Origin: Candidatus Limnocylindrus sp.
GTDB taxonomy: Bacteria; Chloroflexota; Limnocylindria; Limnocylindrales; Limnocylindraceae
Assembly: GCA_040397215.1 (NCBI GenBank)
Contig: JBBAWK010000001.1
DNA: 64,000 nt
Reading direction: 5' to 3' (one strand)
The notes under the pieces: generated by a model
Databases searched by the model: none
Seen by the model: the letters and a program-made list of their open reading frames with translations, nothing else
Told to the model about the DNA's origin: nothing
Part shown: positions 10,642 through 19,746 of the stretch, piece after piece
Layout: each line of letters opens with the position of its first letter
How positions within the stretch are numbered: position 1 is the stretch's first letter
Position numbers and translations under genes: made by a program

Positions 10642-11426
10642 TGCGCACACGGCGCAAGTTTTTACTAGACGCGTCACTCTTTCTCCTTCTCGCCTTGGTC
10701 CCGGCGAGCGCAAAGGCGGTTCGGGCCACGCCCCGAAAACTGCGCTCAATCAGCCTGCGGGTTCCTGTCCTTATGTACCACCGCATCGCCCCTAGTAGCG
10801 AGATTGGGAACAGCCTTCCAGACCTCGTGATTTCACCGTCCCAGTTTGAATCCCAGCTAACTGCGCTGAAGCGCGCAGGTTGGGCAACAGTGACCGCGGC
10901 GACGCTTGCCGAACATCTTGGAACGGGGGAGCCGCTCCCGAAGAAGACGATGGTAATCACCATTGACGATGGGCGAATTGACGGATACACATACGCTTTT
11001 CCAATCTTGCAAAAGCTTGGTTTTGTTGCGACCTACTATGTGATCACTGGCAGAGTTGCCCGAAGCGAGTACCTGACTGTCACACAGTTGCAAGAGATGG
11101 CTACTAGTGGCATGGAGATCGGAAATCACACACTGACCCATATAGATGTTTCAAAGAAATCAACGGCGTACATCACGAACGAGGTTCTCCAGGCGCAAGA
11201 CCAGCTGACCACTTGGCTTGGTGTTGCTCCGGTAACGTTTGCTTACCCGTATGGTGCTCATCCAAAAAGCCTAGAGCAGGCCGTCGCCAAGGCCAACCTA
11301 CGACTAGCGTTCACCACGGTATTGGGCAAGGTTCACACCCCAAAAACGGCCTTGCTGTCACCCAGATTGCGAGTACAGCCCTCAACTACCGATATGAGGC
11401 TTGTAGCGCTCCTTACCAGTCCCTAA
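10641..11426 (+). CDS. Secreted polysaccharide deacetylase (NodB-homology domain)
   Basis: Internal ATG at 10641 (TAATG overlap with the citrate synthase stop). Signal peptide MRTRRKFLLDASLFLLLALVPASAKA. NodB motifs TIDDGRIDGY and HTLTH. Confidence 0.7.
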   Translation: MRTRRKFLLDASLFLLLALVPASAKAVRATPRKLRSISLRVPVLMYHRIAPSSEIGNSLPDLVISPSQFESQLTALKRAGWATVTAATLAEHLGTGEPLPKKTMVITIDDGRIDGYTYAFPILQKLGFVATYYVITGRVARSEYLTVTQLQEMATSGMEIGNHTLTHIDVSKKSTAYITNEVLQAQDQLTTWLGVAPVTFAYPYGAHPKSLEQAVAKANLRLAFTTVLGKVHTPKTALLSPRLRVQPSTTDMRLVALLTSP

Positions 11427-11468
11427 CAAGATCGCGCCAAACGGCGCGCCGGCGGGTTTGTCAGTCAA

Positions 11469-12305
11469 TTAGTCTCGGCGCGAGAGCCCCGCGCTCAGGC
11501 CGGCTGCGCCGACGAGTGCCGGGATACCAAACAGTGCGATGGCTATGAGCAGGGTGCTTAGGTCACTTGTCGTGCCTACGCCGCCAACGTTTGCTCGCTC
11601 TTCACCGTTAATCGGCATCGCGTCATACATCGCCTCAGCGAGCTCGAGTGTGCCAACGCTGTTCTGGGCAACGAGGCCCGCCTCAGTTTGGCTAAAGGTC
11701 AGCGCGCCACCGAGGAGGATTGCGCTGAACGTTGTCTCTGCCGCGTTTAACTCCTCGCAGAACATCTTCGTGGAGAGAAGATCGGTCACGGTGAACGTGC
11801 CATCGCTATTGGTGGTCACAGTGCCGCCAAGCTGATTGCATCCGACCGTTGCGCTGAAGCTGCCGTTATCACCAAAATACATCTGGCCAGCGATCACTTC
11901 GTAGCGAACACCACTGAGTGATACCGCGAGGATGGCGAACTGGCGACCGAACGATGGGACGATCTCACCGCCGGTTCGCGCGCAGATCGTGCTGCCGTCT
12001 GCTGTCATCCAGCAGGCGTCACCGCCAACAGGAGGATCCACTGGGAGCCCTGACTGGCACATCACGGGCGCCGCGCCGGTGGGATCAGGTGCACATGGGT
12101 CTTCTGCGACGACCGTCTGGATATAGACGCATTCGGCTGGCGCACCTTCAGGGATTACCGCGACGCCGTCGACGACGTTGACGGGTGGGCACTCCACGCC
12201 TGAAGAGGCGGGTACCGGGGTGACCTCGTCTGCGGCGGCTACGGGGCGCGCGCTTGGTGAGATCAGTAGTCCAAGCATCAGAACGGCGGTGAATACCTGA
12301 GTCAT
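11469..12305 (-). CDS. Secreted META/HslJ-domain protein with C-terminal membrane anchor
   Basis: 278 aa. N-terminal signal peptide. META-like GCNQLGGTV...TKMFCEE. C-terminal hydrophobic segment then an RRD tail. Confidence 0.45.
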   Translation of the reverse strand: MTQVFTAVLMLGLLISPSARPVAAADEVTPVPASSGVECPPVNVVDGVAVIPEGAPAECVYIQTVVAEDPCAPDPTGAAPVMCQSGLPVDPPVGGDACWMTADGSTICARTGGEIVPSFGRQFAILAVSLSGVRYEVIAGQMYFGDNGSFSATVGCNQLGGTVTTNSDGTFTVTDLLSTKMFCEELNAAETTFSAILLGGALTFSQTEAGLVAQNSVGTLELAEAMYDAMPINGEERANVGGVGTTSDLSTLLIAIALFGIPALVGAAGLSAGLSRRD

Positions 12306-12380
12306 AGCTGCCTCCTACGGTTACGGGCCCAAAGGACCCTTCGCCACCTAAACGCCCGGGAGGCGGGATCGGTTCCCCGC

Positions 12381-12905
12381 CTAGAGCTCTCCGCGGAGCG
12401 CCTTGGCGAGCTGCTCGCCGTGGTCGAGGGGGTGCTTGGAGTAGATCCGCAGCAGGTCGTCAAGCGTGAAGCGCCCGCGCTCGCTGTGCTCCGCATAGCG
12501 GGTCAAGTCTGCCTCCGTGAGGTGCTGGAGCACGTTGAACGTGCCCGCCCGCACCGCCGAGAAGACCGCGAGTGACGTCTCAATGGGATCGGTCTCATAG
12601 CCGAGCGCTGGGCTCGCCGCCCAGGCGCCCTCGTCGTATCCCTGAATAAGGGAGCCAGCTGGCTCTGCAACCAGGCGTCGCAGTCGCGCGTATGACTGCG
12701 CCTCGCTGTCGGCCAAGTGGTGGATCACCTGACGCGGCGACCAACCCTCTGGGTGCTTGGCGTCGAGCTTCAGGTGATCGAGTGCGGCAACCTGCTCTTC
12801 GAACGCTTTCGTTGCCGCCTGATAGGCCGCGACGCGTTCGGCGAAACTCACTTGCCAGTGACCCAATCGATCATGTTCGACATCAGTGGCGCAAAGCCGT
12901 TCCAT
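12381..12905 (-). CDS. DinB-family (DinB_2) metal-dependent protein
   Basis: Four-helix DinB-like sequence with an HHLADSE metal motif. Start set to the internal ATG at 12905 (M17); the upstream ATG at 12953 would overlap the preceding gene by 106 nt. Confidence 0.55.
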   Translation of the reverse strand: MERLCATDVEHDRLGHWQVSFAERVAAYQAATKAFEEQVAALDHLKLDAKHPEGWSPRQVIHHLADSEAQSYARLRRLVAEPAGSLIQGYDEGAWAASPALGYETDPIETSLAVFSAVRAGTFNVLQHLTEADLTRYAEHSERGRFTLDDLLRIYSKHPLDHGEQLAKALRGEL

Positions 12906-13597
12906 TGCACGAATGGCTCTGGGCACCAGTGCGGTCCGATGTCCGAGGTCCACACCAGTGATCGGCCCTTGCCAACCTGTGTCGTAGCGATGAGTGGATC
13001 GCCACCGACTGAGGCAACAAGTGTTGCGCCAGGCTTCAGCACCACCTTGTTGTAGCCAAGCAGTGCTGGCATGCCAGCAGGAACACCGGCGAGCACTGGA
13101 TGGTTTGCATCAACGATCACGGGCTGCGCACCCTCTGGTGCCTCAACGCGATCATCGTGGGTGAGGCAGGTCACTGGAAGCACGCGCTCGACGGCGCTGC
13201 CAGCGAAGCGCGCCTTCGCCTCAAAGCCTTGGAAGCTGAGATAGCCGCCGGCCATGATCAACGCGCCGCCGTTCTCCACCCACTCGGCGAGGAGCTTCAA
13301 GCGATTCGGCGTTGACTTCCCGTGCAGCCACGTTTCAATTGGGAGAAGGAACGAGTTAGTGCCGATGTCGGAGAGCACGATCACGTCGTACTTGCTCAGC
13401 TCTGCTGCGGTGTGCGAGAACTTTGCTGGCACATCGTGCGCGTACATCTGCTCAACCTCGTGGCCCTTGGAGCGAAGGGCGCCGTTGTACCAATCGGCAC
13501 CGGAGTGGAAGGTGACGCTGGTGAAGGAGTCAAACCCCTTGTAGTGCGTTGCCTCAGATACCCACGACTCCCCAACGAGCAGAACGCGCTTTCCCAT
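12848..13597 (-). CDS. Class-I glutamine amidotransferase-like protein (DUF1355/ThuA-like)
   Basis: 249 aa: MGKRVLLVGESW...VIVLSD...GGALIMAGGY. Assignment from overall architecture only. Confidence 0.4.
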   Translation of the reverse strand: MGKRVLLVGESWVSEATHYKGFDSFTSVTFHSGADWYNGALRSKGHEVEQMYAHDVPAKFSHTAAELSKYDVIVLSDIGTNSFLLPIETWLHGKSTPNRLKLLAEWVENGGALIMAGGYLSFQGFEAKARFAGSAVERVLPVTCLTHDDRVEAPEGAQPVIVDANHPVLAGVPAGMPALLGYNKVVLKPGATLVASVGGDPLIATTQVGKGRSLVWTSDIGPHWCPEPFVQWNGFAPLMSNMIDWVTGK

Positions 13598-13615
13598 GAG
13601 CTCCCCCTTCTGGCG

Positions 13616-14659
13616 CTAGCGCGCCTCCTCAAATAGCCGACGCGGATTATCCGTCATCATTGCAATTCCCTGCTTGAGCGACACGCCATGGCGCACCAGC
13701 CGTGGCAGGAAGAACTCCACGATGTGCCCGTAGCCTGGCCCACCGTTCGCGCGCAGCAGGATCTTCATGAAAATGTCCTGCGACATCAGCACGCGATCGC
13801 CGTACCCATCCGTAACGAGCCGTGCGATGTTGCGCGCATCATCTTCGTCGCTGGTGCAGGCGGCCTGCTGGTCGGCGTAGAAGACTTGCATGCCGATCAT
13901 GTCGTACTGCAGATAGATGCCGCGCTTCAGCAGGCGCGTTTGGTACTCGTAGTCATCACCGCTCGGGTTGGAGTGACAGAGCACCACGCTCTGCATCGGC
14001 ACCCCCTGCGCCGCAACGAAGTCGAGCACCTCGTCGCCGAGGCGATACCAGCCCGGCATGTGGATCTGGATCGGCACACCCGTCTCGCGCTGCGCCAGAC
14101 AGGCACCGGCGAGCGAGTTGCGCTCGCGATTGGTGAACGGCTGGCCAACGAAGATCTCGCCGATGAAGCCGGCGCGGATGTTGGTTCCCTGTGCGCCGAC
14201 GGTGAGGTCACGCACGATGCGATCGGCGATCTCACGCACGCTGCCGTCGAGGTGTTCTGGGCCATGAACGGGGTCGAGGAAGATGCCGCTCCCCATCACC
14301 ACGTTCAACCCCGACTCGCGGCTGATGCGTGCCAGCCCCTCGGGGTCGCGACCGTTCCCCTTATCGGCGCAGGCCTCAAGGATCGTGCGGCCACCCTGGG
14401 CGGCGAAGCGCTTCACCTCAACGATTGCCGACTCGATATCGTCGAGCACACAGTTGTCCTTGTTGAGGAATGGGTCGTGGCGCAGCTCCCAGACGTTGGT
14501 GATGGAGACCTTCTCGTCGACAAGCTCCATGGAGCGAGCAGAATCGTCGTAGGGCGGATGCCACCACGGCGTGACGATGTTGAAGAGGTGCTCGTGCGTG
14601 AGGGTGAGCCCCATCTCGGCGCTCTCGATCTCACCGGTGACCGTTTGAATCTTGACCAT
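13616..14659 (-). CDS. Phosphotriesterase-family (PTER/PHP, amidohydrolase superfamily) protein, paralog 1
   Basis: HxH metal motif LTLTHEHL, GFIGEIF, IQIHMP, LCHSN, MSQD, ANGGPGYGH. Start at internal ATG MVKIQT (14659), 4 nt after the paralog-2 stop. Confidence 0.8.
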   Translation of the reverse strand: MVKIQTVTGEIESAEMGLTLTHEHLFNIVTPWWHPPYDDSARSMELVDEKVSITNVWELRHDPFLNKDNCVLDDIESAIVEVKRFAAQGGRTILEACADKGNGRDPEGLARISRESGLNVVMGSGIFLDPVHGPEHLDGSVREIADRIVRDLTVGAQGTNIRAGFIGEIFVGQPFTNRERNSLAGACLAQRETGVPIQIHMPGWYRLGDEVLDFVAAQGVPMQSVVLCHSNPSGDDYEYQTRLLKRGIYLQYDMIGMQVFYADQQAACTSDEDDARNIARLVTDGYGDRVLMSQDIFMKILLRANGGPGYGHIVEFFLPRLVRHGVSLKQGIAMMTDNPRRLFEEAR

Positions 14660-14663
14660 GTGG

Positions 14664-15704
14664 TTAGCTTGCCTCTTCAAAGAGCCGACGTGGGCTCGCG
14701 GTCATCATGCTAATTCCCTGCTCGAGCGGCACGCCGTGCCGGGCGAGTCGCGGCAGGAAGAACTCGACCAGATGGCCGTAGCCTGGACCGCCGTACGAGC
14801 GCAGCAGCGTCTTCAAGCCGATGTCTTGCGACATCAGCACCTTCTGGCCGAACCCATCACGCACCAGGCGGGCAATGTTGCGCGCATCGTCTTCGTCGCT
14901 GCTGCACGACGCCTGCTGATCCGCGTAAAAGACCTGCATGCCAATCATGTCGTACTGCAGATAGGCGCCGCGCTTGAGCAGACGCGTCTGATACTCATGG
15001 TCGTCGCCACTCGGGTTGGAGTGGCAGAGCACGATGCTCTCCATCGGCACGCCGTGTGCCGCGCAGAGGTCGAGCACCTCGTCGCCTAAGCGGAACCAGG
15101 CGGGCATGTGGATCTGCATCGGTAGGTGCGTCTCGCGCTGTGCAATGCACGAACCAGCAAGTGACTTGCGCTCTCGTGCCGTGAACTCACTACCCACACC
15201 AATCTCACCAATGATTCCCGACTTCACCTTGGTGCCAGGTGCACCCTCCGTAATGTCGCGAATGAGATCGTTGGCGATGTCGCGTTCGCTCTTGGCGTCG
15301 TTCGCTTCGGATTGTGACCCGTCAAGGTAGTAACCCGTTCCCATGATGATGTTGAGTCCGGTGCGTGTGCTGATCGTGGCAAGCCCCTCAGGATTACGAC
15401 CATCGTTATAGCCACTCGTCTCGATGATCGTCTTGCCGCCCTGGTCTGCAAACCGCTGCACCTCTTTGATGGCAAGTTCAACGTCTTGAACAATGAGGTT
15501 GTCTTTATTGATGAACGGGTCGTGCTTGAGCTCCCAGATGTTGCTGATGGAGACCTTCTCGTCGACAAGCTCGCGCGATCGCGCTGAATCGTCGAATGGC
15601 GGGTGCCACCAGGAGGTCACGTCGCCGAGTAGGTGCTCGTGCGTGAGGGTGAGGCCCATGTCGGCGCTATCTATCTCGCCGGTGACGGTTCGGATCTTGA
15701 CCAT
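14664..15704 (-). CDS. Phosphotriesterase-family protein, paralog 2
   Basis: 346 aa with the same motif set, very similar to paralog 3 (high identity judged by eye, not computed). Begins 5 nt after the paralog-3 stop. Confidence 0.8.
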   Translation of the reverse strand: MVKIRTVTGEIDSADMGLTLTHEHLLGDVTSWWHPPFDDSARSRELVDEKVSISNIWELKHDPFINKDNLIVQDVELAIKEVQRFADQGGKTIIETSGYNDGRNPEGLATISTRTGLNIIMGTGYYLDGSQSEANDAKSERDIANDLIRDITEGAPGTKVKSGIIGEIGVGSEFTARERKSLAGSCIAQRETHLPMQIHMPAWFRLGDEVLDLCAAHGVPMESIVLCHSNPSGDDHEYQTRLLKRGAYLQYDMIGMQVFYADQQASCSSDEDDARNIARLVRDGFGQKVLMSQDIGLKTLLRSYGGPGYGHLVEFFLPRLARHGVPLEQGISMMTASPRRLFEEAS

Positions 15705-15709
15705 GGCGG

Positions 15710-16750
15710 CTAGCTCGCCGATTCGAAGAGTTGACGCGGATTCGCGGTCATCATCGCGATTCCCTGCTCCAGTGGCACGCCGTGTCGGGCGAGTCGCGGC
15801 AGGAAGAACTCAACCATGTGCCCGTAGCCTGGGCCGCCGTAGGAGCGCAGGAGGCTCTTGAGGAAGATGTCTTGCGACATCAGCACCTTCTGACCGAAGC
15901 CGTCACGCACTAGGCGTGCAATGTTGCGCGCGTCATCTTCGTCACTCGTGCACGAGGCCTGTTGGTCGGCGTAGAAGACCTGCATGCCGATCATGTCGTA
16001 CTGCAGATAGGCACCACGCTTCAGCAGACGCGTCTGGTATTCGTGATCGTCACCACTCGGATTGGAGTGGCAGAGCACGATGCTCTCCATTGGCACGCCG
16101 TGGGCTGCGCAGAAATCGAGCACCTCATCGCCGTAGCGGAACCAGGCGGGCATGTGCACCTGCATTGGGATATGCGTCTCGCGCTGGGCGATGCAGGCAC
16201 CGGCGAGTGACTTGCGCTCACGCGCGGTGAACTCACTGCCGACGCCAATCTCACCAATGATCCCCGACTTGATCCCTGTGCCGCGTGCCCCTTCGGTAAT
16301 GTCGCGAATCAGCTCGTTAGCAATGTCATGCTCACTCTTAGCGTCGTTCGCTTCTGGCTGCGATCCGTCGAGGTAGTAGCCCGTCCCCATGATGATGTTG
16401 AGGCCGGTTCGTTTGCTGATCGTGGCAAGCCCTTCGGGGCTACGGCCGTTGCCGTCGGCGCTCGTCTCGATGATCGTTTTTCCGCCCTGATCAACGAATC
16501 GCTGCACCTCCTTGATGGCCAATTCAATGTCTTGCATGGAGCAGTTGTCTTTATTGATGAACGGGTCGTGCTTCAGCTCCCAGATGTTGGTGATGGAAAC
16601 CTTCTCGTCGACCAGTTCGCGCGATCGCGCTGAATCGTCGAGTGGCGGATGCCACCAGGAGAGGACGTCGTTCAGAAGATGTTCGTGAGTCAGCGTCAGA
16701 CCGAGGTCTGCGGAGCTGATGGGGCCAAGAACGCTCTCTACCTGCTTCAT
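15710..16750 (-). CDS. Phosphotriesterase-family protein, paralog 3
   Basis: 346 aa: LTLTHEHLLNDVLSWWHPP..., GIIGEIG, MQVHMP, LCHSN, ANGGPGYGH. Confidence 0.8.
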   Translation of the reverse strand: MKQVESVLGPISSADLGLTLTHEHLLNDVLSWWHPPLDDSARSRELVDEKVSITNIWELKHDPFINKDNCSMQDIELAIKEVQRFVDQGGKTIIETSADGNGRSPEGLATISKRTGLNIIMGTGYYLDGSQPEANDAKSEHDIANELIRDITEGARGTGIKSGIIGEIGVGSEFTARERKSLAGACIAQRETHIPMQVHMPAWFRYGDEVLDFCAAHGVPMESIVLCHSNPSGDDHEYQTRLLKRGAYLQYDMIGMQVFYADQQASCTSDEDDARNIARLVRDGFGQKVLMSQDIFLKSLLRSYGGPGYGHMVEFFLPRLARHGVPLEQGIAMMTANPRQLFESAS

Positions 16751-16759
16751 GTGCGCAGA

Positions 16760-17989
16760 CTAGCGTGCGTTGTGGTCTCCCGCGGGGAGGCGGCGCACGG
16801 CGACGATCCCGAGCGCGAGAAGCAGCACCGACCCAAGAAAGATGGGGGTGAGTGCAAGCGCATCACCCGGCCGTGGCGTGCCAATGAGCGCGGCGGCTGA
16901 TGAGATCAGTGGCCCAACGACGGCACCGGCGTAGAGGGGGAAGAGCGAGAGGCTCAGCGCGGCGGTGCGACGGCGCTCGGTGACGGAGTTGGCCAGCCAG
17001 GTGAAGACCATCGCCTGCAGCAGCGCCGATGCCGCAGCAAGGAGCGTATTCGAGAGGGCAAGGCCGAACGCCGTTGAGACAACGATCATTGTGCCAGCGG
17101 CAACCGCCGCGGCGGCGAAGCCGAGCGCCATCACTCGCGGGGCGCCGATGCGCGGCACCAGGCGTGTAGCGAGGAGCGGCGCAACGAGGGCGCCCCCCAG
17201 CGCCGAGAGTCCTGTCAGTAGGCCAACGGCGCCCGCCACGCCAGGGGCGGCGAGCGGTTCGGCTATTCCCGTAATCGAGGGGCCAATCACCACCTCGGCA
17301 ATCCGTAGCGGGAAGACAGGGCGGAGCATGCGCTCCCCGGCGATAGCCAGGCCAAGCACCAGGTATCCCGCACGAATCTTGCGGTCGGCGAAGACCTCGC
17401 GAAGGCCACGGCGGGCCACCTCGAGCACGCCTCCCGTCGGCGGGTGGTGCGGTCGTACGTCAGGGATTGCCACGATGTTGGCCACGATGAGTGCAGCATT
17501 GAGCAGCGCCGCGACCATGATCGGTGCCGCAAGCGAGAGGCCCAGGCCGTCAATCATTGCGCCGGCGAGGAGTGGCCCCAGTGCGAAGCCCATCGGTGCC
17601 GCGGCGCTAAAGAGAGCGATCGACCTGGTGCGTGCGTGCTCTGGCGAAACCTCACGAATCGTCGCCAGCATGACGCCGGTGTTGCCGAGCCAGAAGCCGA
17701 GGGCGAGCGTTGCGGCGATCAACTGCCACGCCTCTTGCGCGAGGGCGAAGGCGATAAGTGCGATCAGCGCAATCAGTCCACTGCGCACGATGACGAGTCG
17801 ACGCGATCGCAACTCGGCGATGGCCAGCCAGATCGGCACCTGCGGTGCACCAACGATAAAGATACCCGCTGTCGCTGCGCCCGACACTGTCGCGATATCA
17901 CGCAGTGGTACCCCAGCCCCTTCAAGTGCGAGCGGAAGGTAGGCATAGATCATGGCGACGCCGAAGATCTCAGCGAATTGCACCAGCAC
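16760..17989 (-). CDS. MFS transporter
   Basis: 409 aa, about 12 predicted TM helices. 9 nt upstream of PTE paralog 3 on the same strand. Confidence 0.8.
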   Translation of the reverse strand: MLVQFAEIFGVAMIYAYLPLALEGAGVPLRDIATVSGAATAGIFIVGAPQVPIWLAIAELRSRRLVIVRSGLIALIALIAFALAQEAWQLIAATLALGFWLGNTGVMLATIREVSPEHARTRSIALFSAAAPMGFALGPLLAGAMIDGLGLSLAAPIMVAALLNAALIVANIVAIPDVRPHHPPTGGVLEVARRGLREVFADRKIRAGYLVLGLAIAGERMLRPVFPLRIAEVVIGPSITGIAEPLAAPGVAGAVGLLTGLSALGGALVAPLLATRLVPRIGAPRVMALGFAAAAVAAGTMIVVSTAFGLALSNTLLAAASALLQAMVFTWLANSVTERRRTAALSLSLFPLYAGAVVGPLISSAAALIGTPRPGDALALTPIFLGSVLLLALGIVAVRRLPAGDHNAR

Positions 17990-18033
17990 GTAGATGGTGA
18001 CGATCCGCTGCCACGGGATCGTGCTGGTTCGGA

Positions 18034-19605
18034 TCAGAGATCACCAGCCTTAGCACGGCTACGAACGTCGGCTGCGCGTACCAGGATCTCTTTGCGGACA
18101 CCCGCTGGCCGCGCAGACCAGGAGCGAACCTGTGTTGCCATGCGTGGATTCTTCGCGAACCGTGCCGAGTGACGATCAATGAACTCCCAGTACATGGTGG
18201 TAAACGGACAGGCCGTTTCGCCCACCGATTCGGTTGGGTTGTAGAAACACGATTTGCAGTCGTCGCCCATACGCGAGATGTATGCGCCGCCACAGATGTA
18301 CGGCTTACTCGTGATGCGACCCAGATCCGCAAACTGACTCATGGCCACGACGTTTGGCGTAACGACCCACGGCAGCGCATCGACAAATGCCTCCAGGAAC
18401 CAAGAGTCAACCTGCTGCGGTTGCACGCCGAAGAGGAGTGCAAAGTTGCCGAGCACCATGAGGCGCTCGATGTGGTGGACGTGTCCCGTTCGCTGCAGCG
18501 TTTTGACGATGCGCGACATGCAGGCCATCTTCGTCTCTCCCGACCAGTAGAGCTCAGGCAGCTCCTCATGGGCGTTCAGGCCGTTGTCGGTCTGCCACTC
18601 TCGCCAATACTCGCGATATGCGTGGCGCATGAATTCGCGCCAACCGAGGATCTGGCGGATGAACCCTTCGATGCTCGAGAGGGGGATCTCTTTCTTCCGA
18701 TCGGCATGCGTTTGTATTGCACGCTCGCAGACTTCGGCAGGAGTGATCAGGCCAAGGTTGAGCGCTGGTGACAGGAGCGAGTGAAAGAGATGCTCATGCT
18801 CTTTCGACATAGCATCTTCGTATGGGCCAAAGTTGGCCAGCCGATCGTCACAAAATGCGTCGAGTGCAGCGAGTGCCTCACGCCGGGTTGTCGGCCAGAT
18901 CAGTGTGGTTGACTCGCCAAAGAGCGTTGAGGACTCCTTAAGTACTTCATCAATCACCGACTGTACGAGTGGCGTGACTGCTGCATACGGCGGTGTCGGC
19001 ACGTCGGTGCCAGGGACGAGGCGCTTCCGATTCTCCTTGTCGAGGTTCCATGTGCCGCCAATCGGTTCGCTCTTCCCCGCGCTCTCCTCCATCAGCCAGC
19101 CACGCGCACTGCGCACACGTCGATACCAGTACTCCATGCGGAGCTCTTTTCGGCCCGACTTGAACGCCTCCCATTCAGCCACGGTGGTGAGCCAGAGCTG
19201 ATTTTCGACGACCTCCACGGGCGTACCGCTCGCAGCGGACCATGCCTGAATCGCCTCGAGGTCCTGAGGCTGCGCAGGGTCCATCAGGGTGACGCCGGAC
19301 GGCCGATACCGCTCCTGGGCGGCGGCGAGTGCCTCGCCCAGGGTGGGAGCCTTGATGACCTCGGTTGGAGCCCCGCGCCCCTGAAGCTCTGCCGCAAACC
19401 CTCGTAGCGCCGCGACCTGCAGCACCACGGCCTGCACGTGTCGTGCCTCGTGCCGCACGCCCGTGATCTCTAAGACGAGGATTGGATCGGCGAACTTGGC
19501 GCTGCCATCAAGATACGCGCGAAGTGGGCCAACCTGGTCAGTGAGCTGATCTCCTAGAACTACGAGGTGGTTCACGCTACGACCGCCTGCGACGACAGGC
19601 GTCAC
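18034..19605 (-). CDS. FeS-BCP / PhrB-type (6-4) photolyase-cryptochrome with a [4Fe-4S] cluster
   Basis: 523 aa cryptochrome/photolyase fold. The four-Cys cluster signature KPYICGG...[10 protein letters not shown]...ETACP is characteristic of FeS-BCP (CryB/PhrB). Confidence 0.8.
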   Translation of the reverse strand: MTPVVAGGRSVNHLVVLGDQLTDQVGPLRAYLDGSAKFADPILVLEITGVRHEARHVQAVVLQVAALRGFAAELQGRGAPTEVIKAPTLGEALAAAQERYRPSGVTLMDPAQPQDLEAIQAWSAASGTPVEVVENQLWLTTVAEWEAFKSGRKELRMEYWYRRVRSARGWLMEESAGKSEPIGGTWNLDKENRKRLVPGTDVPTPPYAAVTPLVQSVIDEVLKESSTLFGESTTLIWPTTRREALAALDAFCDDRLANFGPYEDAMSKEHEHLFHSLLSPALNLGLITPAEVCERAIQTHADRKKEIPLSSIEGFIRQILGWREFMRHAYREYWREWQTDNGLNAHEELPELYWSGETKMACMSRIVKTLQRTGHVHHIERLMVLGNFALLFGVQPQQVDSWFLEAFVDALPWVVTPNVVAMSQFADLGRITSKPYICGGAYISRMGDDCKSCFYNPTESVGETACPFTTMYWEFIDRHSARFAKNPRMATQVRSWSARPAGVRKEILVRAADVRSRAKAGDL

Positions 19606-19744
19606 TGCAATACTTCACCTCGTCCCAAACACGCTCCCAGCGCTTGCGCCACTGGAACGGTCGGCCGCACACCACGCAAATCTTTTCTGGGCGTTCGCTC
19701 GGCGGTCGATGCGGCTGCCGTGGTTCACGTCGTGCGCCGCCCAC
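19577..19744 (-). CDS. DUF2256 small Cys4 zinc-ribbon protein
   Basis: C-terminus [34 protein letters not shown] matches DUF2256. GTG at 19744 (2 nt after the CPD photolyase stop) is the only plausible start. 55 aa. Overlaps the next gene's start by 29 nt. Confidence 0.6.
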   Translation of the reverse strand: MGGARREPRQPHRPPSERPEKICVVCGRPFQWRKRWERVWDEVKYCSDACRRRRS

Positions 19745-19746
19745 AG

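Noticed and set aside
13688-14713. 341-aa plus-strand ORF antisense to PTE paralog 1 (and similar long antisense ORFs such as 2414..3451, 16965..17942, 41149..42207, 53201..54169, 54170..55414, 62544..63575)
   Set aside because: Arg/Ala/Pro-rich composition typical of out-of-frame translation in high-GC DNA. No recognisable domains or RBS. Each fully overlaps a strongly supported gene on the other strand.
13616-16750. Three ~1-kb direct repeats that might have been a repeat array or mobile element
   Set aside because: They are intact paralogous PTE-family genes with 4-5-nt spacers. No transposase, inverted repeats or CRISPR-like short spacers.
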